Source: a virus (taxonomy: Duplodnaviria > Caudoviricetes). Taken from it: a DNA stretch of 64,000 bases. Below, one piece after another: positions 60,479 through 64,000 of the stretch. A program made the translations under genes and the position numbers. The DNA lies in IMG/VR virus record IMGVR_UViG_3300034175_000069; one strand, written 5' to 3'. The stretch's first letter is position 1. Every line of letters starts with the position of its first letter. Under the pieces are notes generated by a model. The model searched no databases, was not told the origin of the DNA, and worked only from the letters and a program-made list of their open reading frames with translations.

Positions 60479-61624
60479 ATGGCGACAGCGGCGTTGACGG
60501 AGGGCTGGCCCGCACGGAGCGTGCGGAGGCTGGAGCAGGTGATCGAGCCGGGTCCGGTGCCCGGTGACGGGGCGCTGGCGGGCGAGCGCTGGATGCTGGT
60601 CTGGAACCGGGACAGCCTCGGCGAGTGCTGCTGCTGGCGCGGCACCGTGCGGTCGGTGGAGTCGCCGGTGGCGTCCGTGGGGTCCTGCCAGCGGCCGGGG
60701 AAGCACCCCTGGACGGTGCGGGTTGACGGTGAGCAGTACGGCTTCGTGCACGGGGCGGCCGACGCCCTGGAGTACGTGGAGCTGCTGGACCGCTTCGGGC
60801 CACCCGGAGGCGCGCGGCAGCTCGGGGTCGTGCTGGACGACCTCCTCCTGATCGACATCGACGGGCCGCGCGCGCTGCGGGACTTCGCCCGGATGTCGTT
60901 CACCGTGCCGAAGGACAAGATCATCGGGGTCAGCACCTCGCCTCGCGGCTACCACGTCTGGCTGGACGTGCCGGGCTGGTCGCAGAAGGCGGTCAACGAG
61001 TGGATGGCCAGCTGGCTGGGGCCGCTCGGGGGCTGGGACGGCACCGACGAGAAGAAGGCCGGTCGCCGGGGCTTCCTGGTGGACGTGCGGACCGGGAGCA
61101 ACCGGTACGCGGTCTGGCCGGGGTCGGCCGCTGAACGGCGCTGGATCTCGCGCCGGGAGTTCGGCGCTGTCCTCGCGCGCGCGCTCGTGGGGATGCCGCC
61201 GTGGCGGATGGTCCCGGCCGGGGACAAGAAGGACGGCGGCAACGCCCCGTGGTCGGTTGACATGGGGGACCAGTGGCTCCAGGGCTGGATCAGTGAGCGG
61301 TCCGGCGGCGGCGAGATCTCGCTGGAGGGGCTGACGTTCTCGGGGGAGGACGCCGAGCTGGAGATGACCTGGGCGGAGCTGGAGCGCTGGCTGGCGCGGC
61401 TGGAGCGCATGGGTGCAGGTCAGGGGCGCAACAACGCGCTGAATCAGGCCGCGTACTTCAGCGGGTCACGGTGCATCGCAGCTGGATGGCCGGTGGACAC
61501 GGTGCGCGCGCGGATCATCGAGGTGGGGGAAGCAGTGGGCACGCACGGAGTTCGAGCGACGGTGGAGTCGGGGCTGGGCTCCGGCCTGGCGGCGCTGCGC
61601 AAGCAGACCCAGGTCAAGGACTGA
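60479..61624 (+). CDS. bifunctional DNA primase/polymerase (prim-pol) with PriCT-like end
   Basis: PGKHP, LLIDIDG, TSPRGYHVW, VDVR..YAVWPGS, GRNNALN.AAY. Confidence 0.8.
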   Translation: MATAALTEGWPARSVRRLEQVIEPGPVPGDGALAGERWMLVWNRDSLGECCCWRGTVRSVESPVASVGSCQRPGKHPWTVRVDGEQYGFVHGAADALEYVELLDRFGPPGGARQLGVVLDDLLLIDIDGPRALRDFARMSFTVPKDKIIGVSTSPRGYHVWLDVPGWSQKAVNEWMASWLGPLGGWDGTDEKKAGRRGFLVDVRTGSNRYAVWPGSAAERRWISRREFGAVLARALVGMPPWRMVPAGDKKDGGNAPWSVDMGDQWLQGWISERSGGGEISLEGLTFSGEDAELEMTWAELERWLARLERMGAGQGRNNALNQAAYFSGSRCIAAGWPVDTVRARIIEVGEAVGTHGVRATVESGLGSGLAALRKQTQVKD

Positions 61625-61630
61625 CCCGGG

Positions 61631-63367
61631 GTGCAGGGGGATGCAGGGAAGGTGCAGGACCCGTGGACGGCGGCCACGGCGCGGATCGTCACGATGATCA
61701 AGTCCGGGGTGGACCCGCTGGAGGGGATGCTCGGGGAGGGCTACGGGACTGACCGGACCGTGGAGAAGCACGCGCGGTTGTTCGCCGAGGCCAACAGTGT
61801 GGACGTGGCGATGATCATGCCCGTGCTGCTGGCTGCCTACTCCGGGGCCACCCAGGGCGCGTTCCTCGCGCCGCTGTACTCCGAGGACTGGACCCCGGCG
61901 CACGTGCCGCTGGTCTTCCAGTTCCTGGGGATCGCGGAGTCGGGGGCCCGCAAGTCCACCGTGCTGAAGGAGGGCCGTGGGCCGCTGGAGCGCGCGATGG
62001 CCTGGGGCGTGGCCAGGCGGCGTGAGTGGTGCGCGGTGCAGCAGCAGCTGGCCAAGGAGGCGGCTGGCCACGACGGGATCTCCACGGACAAGTTCGCCGA
62101 CCTCTACGCCAAGGTCTTCGCCGGTGGGGTCTGTGCCAGCACCTTCGCCGACAACGGCACGCAGGAGGGCATCCGGAACAAGCTCATCGCCAACGGCGGG
62201 CACCGCGTGCTGCTCACCGGTGAATCGGATGTCCTGCGCGAGGTCGGTGCCTATGCCAAGGGGGGCGCGGGGTCGCTGGGGTTGTTCGTCCGCACCTGGG
62301 ACCAGGAGACCCTGTCAACCGACCGCGCCTCTGGGGACTCGCACCTCTACATGCCCGAGGCGTCGATGCCGTTCCTGATCTTCGTGCAGCCCAACGCCTT
62401 CACCGAGTACACGGCGGTGTCGGCCCGGGGCTACGACGAGTTCACCGACAAGGGCGTCTTCGGCCGCGCGTGGCTGTGGCGGATGCCCGAGGCCGAGATC
62501 CCGGAGTCGTTCACCTTCAAGCCGAAGCCGAAGCCGGGAGAGGGCAGTGGCCTGCTGAACTGCCGCCTGCTGGCCGAGGAGAAGATGCGGGTCCTCGTGG
62601 ACCGGTCCAACGAGTACCGGGCGACCAAGGGCATCCGGTACGCCTGGGAGACCACCGCCGGTGCGGCGTCGGCGCTGAAGGAGCCCTCGGAGGTGGCCCG
62701 GGAGCTGATCGAGCTGGAGCCGGGGATCGGTGAGGACGCCTTCGTCCGGGTGCAGAACATGCTGCTGGAGCTGCGCAGGGCGCTGCGCGAGGCCGACCAG
62801 GTCGATGCGGGGCTGTCCTACAGCTACCACCCGCTGGTCGCCCGGTTCACCGACCACGTCATGCGGCTGGCTGCCCTGCTGTCGCTGGCGGATTCTCCGG
62901 ACACCGCAACGGTTGACACCGCGCACATTCAGGACGTGGCCTGCCGGTTGATGCCCTGGCTGTGGTCGGGGTGGACCTCGGTGATGAGCGAGCGCCGGTC
63001 CTCGAACATCAGTGAGCTGGTCGAGGAGTCGGCCCTGAAGAACAGCAAAGGGATCGACCTCACCAAGCGCGGCGCGGTGCTGCGGGCGATGGCGGCGCTC
63101 GGGGACGGGCCTAGTGCGATGGCTGGCTTCACCGGGTCGCAGATCTCCGAGCGGGCCCGCGCGGTGGTCAAGGGCGGGAAGAAGATCAGCGGCCTGGGTG
63201 CCGAGATGCGCCGGGTCCTCGATGAGCTGGCCAACGCGGGGGAGCTGGTCGAGAGGTTCACCCTGCCCGGCGCGAAGCTGGACGCCACCGGCAAGGCCGC
63301 GCCGACCTACCGGCTCACCCCGGCCGGGCATCAGGCGGTGCAGAAGATGGGCCCTGGAGGCAGCTGA
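61631..63367 (+). CDS. DUF3987 / YfjI-like ATPase (helicase partner of prim-pol)
   Basis: IAESGARKST, T.EG...L, R...ASMPFLIFVQP, G..GR..., RLAALL. Confidence 0.75.
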   Translation: MQGDAGKVQDPWTAATARIVTMIKSGVDPLEGMLGEGYGTDRTVEKHARLFAEANSVDVAMIMPVLLAAYSGATQGAFLAPLYSEDWTPAHVPLVFQFLGIAESGARKSTVLKEGRGPLERAMAWGVARRREWCAVQQQLAKEAAGHDGISTDKFADLYAKVFAGGVCASTFADNGTQEGIRNKLIANGGHRVLLTGESDVLREVGAYAKGGAGSLGLFVRTWDQETLSTDRASGDSHLYMPEASMPFLIFVQPNAFTEYTAVSARGYDEFTDKGVFGRAWLWRMPEAEIPESFTFKPKPKPGEGSGLLNCRLLAEEKMRVLVDRSNEYRATKGIRYAWETTAGAASALKEPSEVARELIELEPGIGEDAFVRVQNMLLELRRALREADQVDAGLSYSYHPLVARFTDHVMRLAALLSLADSPDTATVDTAHIQDVACRLMPWLWSGWTSVMSERRSSNISELVEESALKNSKGIDLTKRGAVLRAMAALGDGPSAMAGFTGSQISERARAVVKGGKKISGLGAEMRRVLDELANAGELVERFTLPGAKLDATGKAAPTYRLTPAGHQAVQKMGPGGS

Positions 63368-63395
63368 TCGTTGTCACGGAGCGTGAGCAGTGATG

Positions 63396-63425
63396 AGGGG
63401 CCCTCGCCGTCCGGCGGGGGCCCCT
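63396..63425. terminator. intrinsic terminator hairpin
   Basis: AGGGGCCCTCGCCG-TC-CGGCGGGGGCCCCT followed by T. Confidence 0.7.
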
Positions 63426-63444
63426 TGTCGTTGCAGTGGCTGTA

Positions 63445-63765
63445 TCTGTGCAGGTCAGGCGGGGTGTTTGCCGTTTCGCCCGTTTCGCCCCTGTTCCGCC
63501 CTTGCTTCGCCCGGACGAAAGTGCAGGTCAGGGCCCATTTCGCCCATTTCGCCCGTTTCGCCCGGGGGCAGATGTCGGAGGAGGTGATCGTCACTGTGTG
63601 TGCGTCGCGCGCGCTTGCGTGACGTGACCCGTGTTGAGAGAGAGTAGTAATACTTCTTATGCAGATTACTGGGCGAAATGGGCGGAATGGGGCGAAATGG
63701 GTCTGACCTGCGGTTTTGCTGGGCGAAACGGTGGGCGAAATGGGGGCGGAACGGTGGGGCGAAGC
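63445..63765. repeat. inverted iteron-like arrays around an AT-rich core (putative origin)
   Basis: 7 x TT(T/C)CGCCC-like units (63472-63563) and 7 x GGGCG(A/G)A units (63671-63765); AT-rich core 63640-63670. Confidence 0.7.
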
Positions 63766-63812
63766 GGCGGGGGTGGTGGGTGATGGCCGGTCAGCCGGTG
63801 CGCAGGGGGCGG

Positions 63813-64000
63813 ATGACGCCCGCCGAGCGGGCGACGCGACGGGTCGGGGAGCTGAAGGCCAAGGGGCGGGGGCTGCCCGTGGGGGCCCGGGAGTCGAGGG
63901 CCCATGCGACGCAGGTCTGGGAGGCGGCACGGGCGGAGGTGGCGGCGAAGGCGGCCGTGCTGGAGGTGGTGACGAGGGAGGCCGGGGAGGCGGCGCTGCG
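63813..64000 (+). CDS. possible 5' end of a gene running off the window
   Basis: ATG 63813 frame open to the window end (MTPAERATRRVGELKAK...). Confidence 0.35.
   Translation, partial: MTPAERATRRVGELKAKGRGLPVGARESRAHATQVWEAARAEVAAKAAVLEVVTREAGEAAL

Larger units (their letters stand above)
140..62919. repeat. dispersed octamer GGTTGACA / TGTCAACC (about 54 exact copies by eye)
   Basis: e.g. 140, 1423, 2091, 2436, 4081, 4775, 6464, 8297, 9161, 10745, 11878, 13982, 15336, 16632, 18551, 19203, 21672, 22873, 24070, 24601, 25326, 25878, 28521, 29004, 30410, 31931 ... 61255, 62313, 62911. Confidence 0.9.

Noticed and set aside
140-62919. Each single TTGACA as a promoter -35
   Set aside because: The genic copies I checked lack a -10 at 16-18 nt and occur in both orientations, so they are not explained as promoters
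140-62919. The box as a HincII-type restriction site (GTYRAC) effect
   Set aside because: Restriction pressure depletes sites rather than enriching them, and the conserved flanks (G...A/C) extend beyond GTYRAC; no methyltransferase seen
1-64000. Integrase/attP, tRNA genes, terminase, endolysin
   Set aside because: No recognisable motifs found in the window; they may lie outside it, so lifestyle cannot be called

Overview
The whole window is a high-GC (roughly 70%) tailed actinobacteriophage genome segment with a siphovirus-type, Rosebush/cluster-B-like architecture. No host genes, tRNAs, CRISPR array, integrase, terminase or endolysin were recognised in it. The rightward left arm (1-33.8 kb) carries the end of a MuF-like gene, portal, a 2920-aa multidomain head-associated protein (2H phosphoesterase, kinase-like domain, repeats), a zeta-toxin-like kinase, capsid maturation protease, major capsid hexamer protein, tail genes, tape measure, three minor tail genes and a displaced capsid pentamer gene. 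The mostly leftward right arm (33.8-59 kb) holds many small genes in terminator/promoter cassettes plus helicase, RuvC-like resolvase, PolA, SSB, AAA recombinase and Cas4-like exonuclease. A rightward HTH / prim-pol / DUF3987 operon follows, then a probable iteron-flanked origin. The strongest unexplained signals are: (i) an octamer GGTTGACA/TGTCAACC present about 54 times (manual count), roughly once per 1.2 kb in both orientations and inside genes, with a core that is doubled in a family of leaderless sigmaA-type promoters; (ii) a canonical -1 slippery site plus hairpin at the end of the capsid protease gene that would fuse it to a start-less 474-codon frame; (iii) a set of head-module enzymes sharing HPRxxxGRF and xAAG motifs; (iv) inverted iteron arrays at 63.4-63.8 kb. 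All family assignments are by visual motif recognition, not database search.
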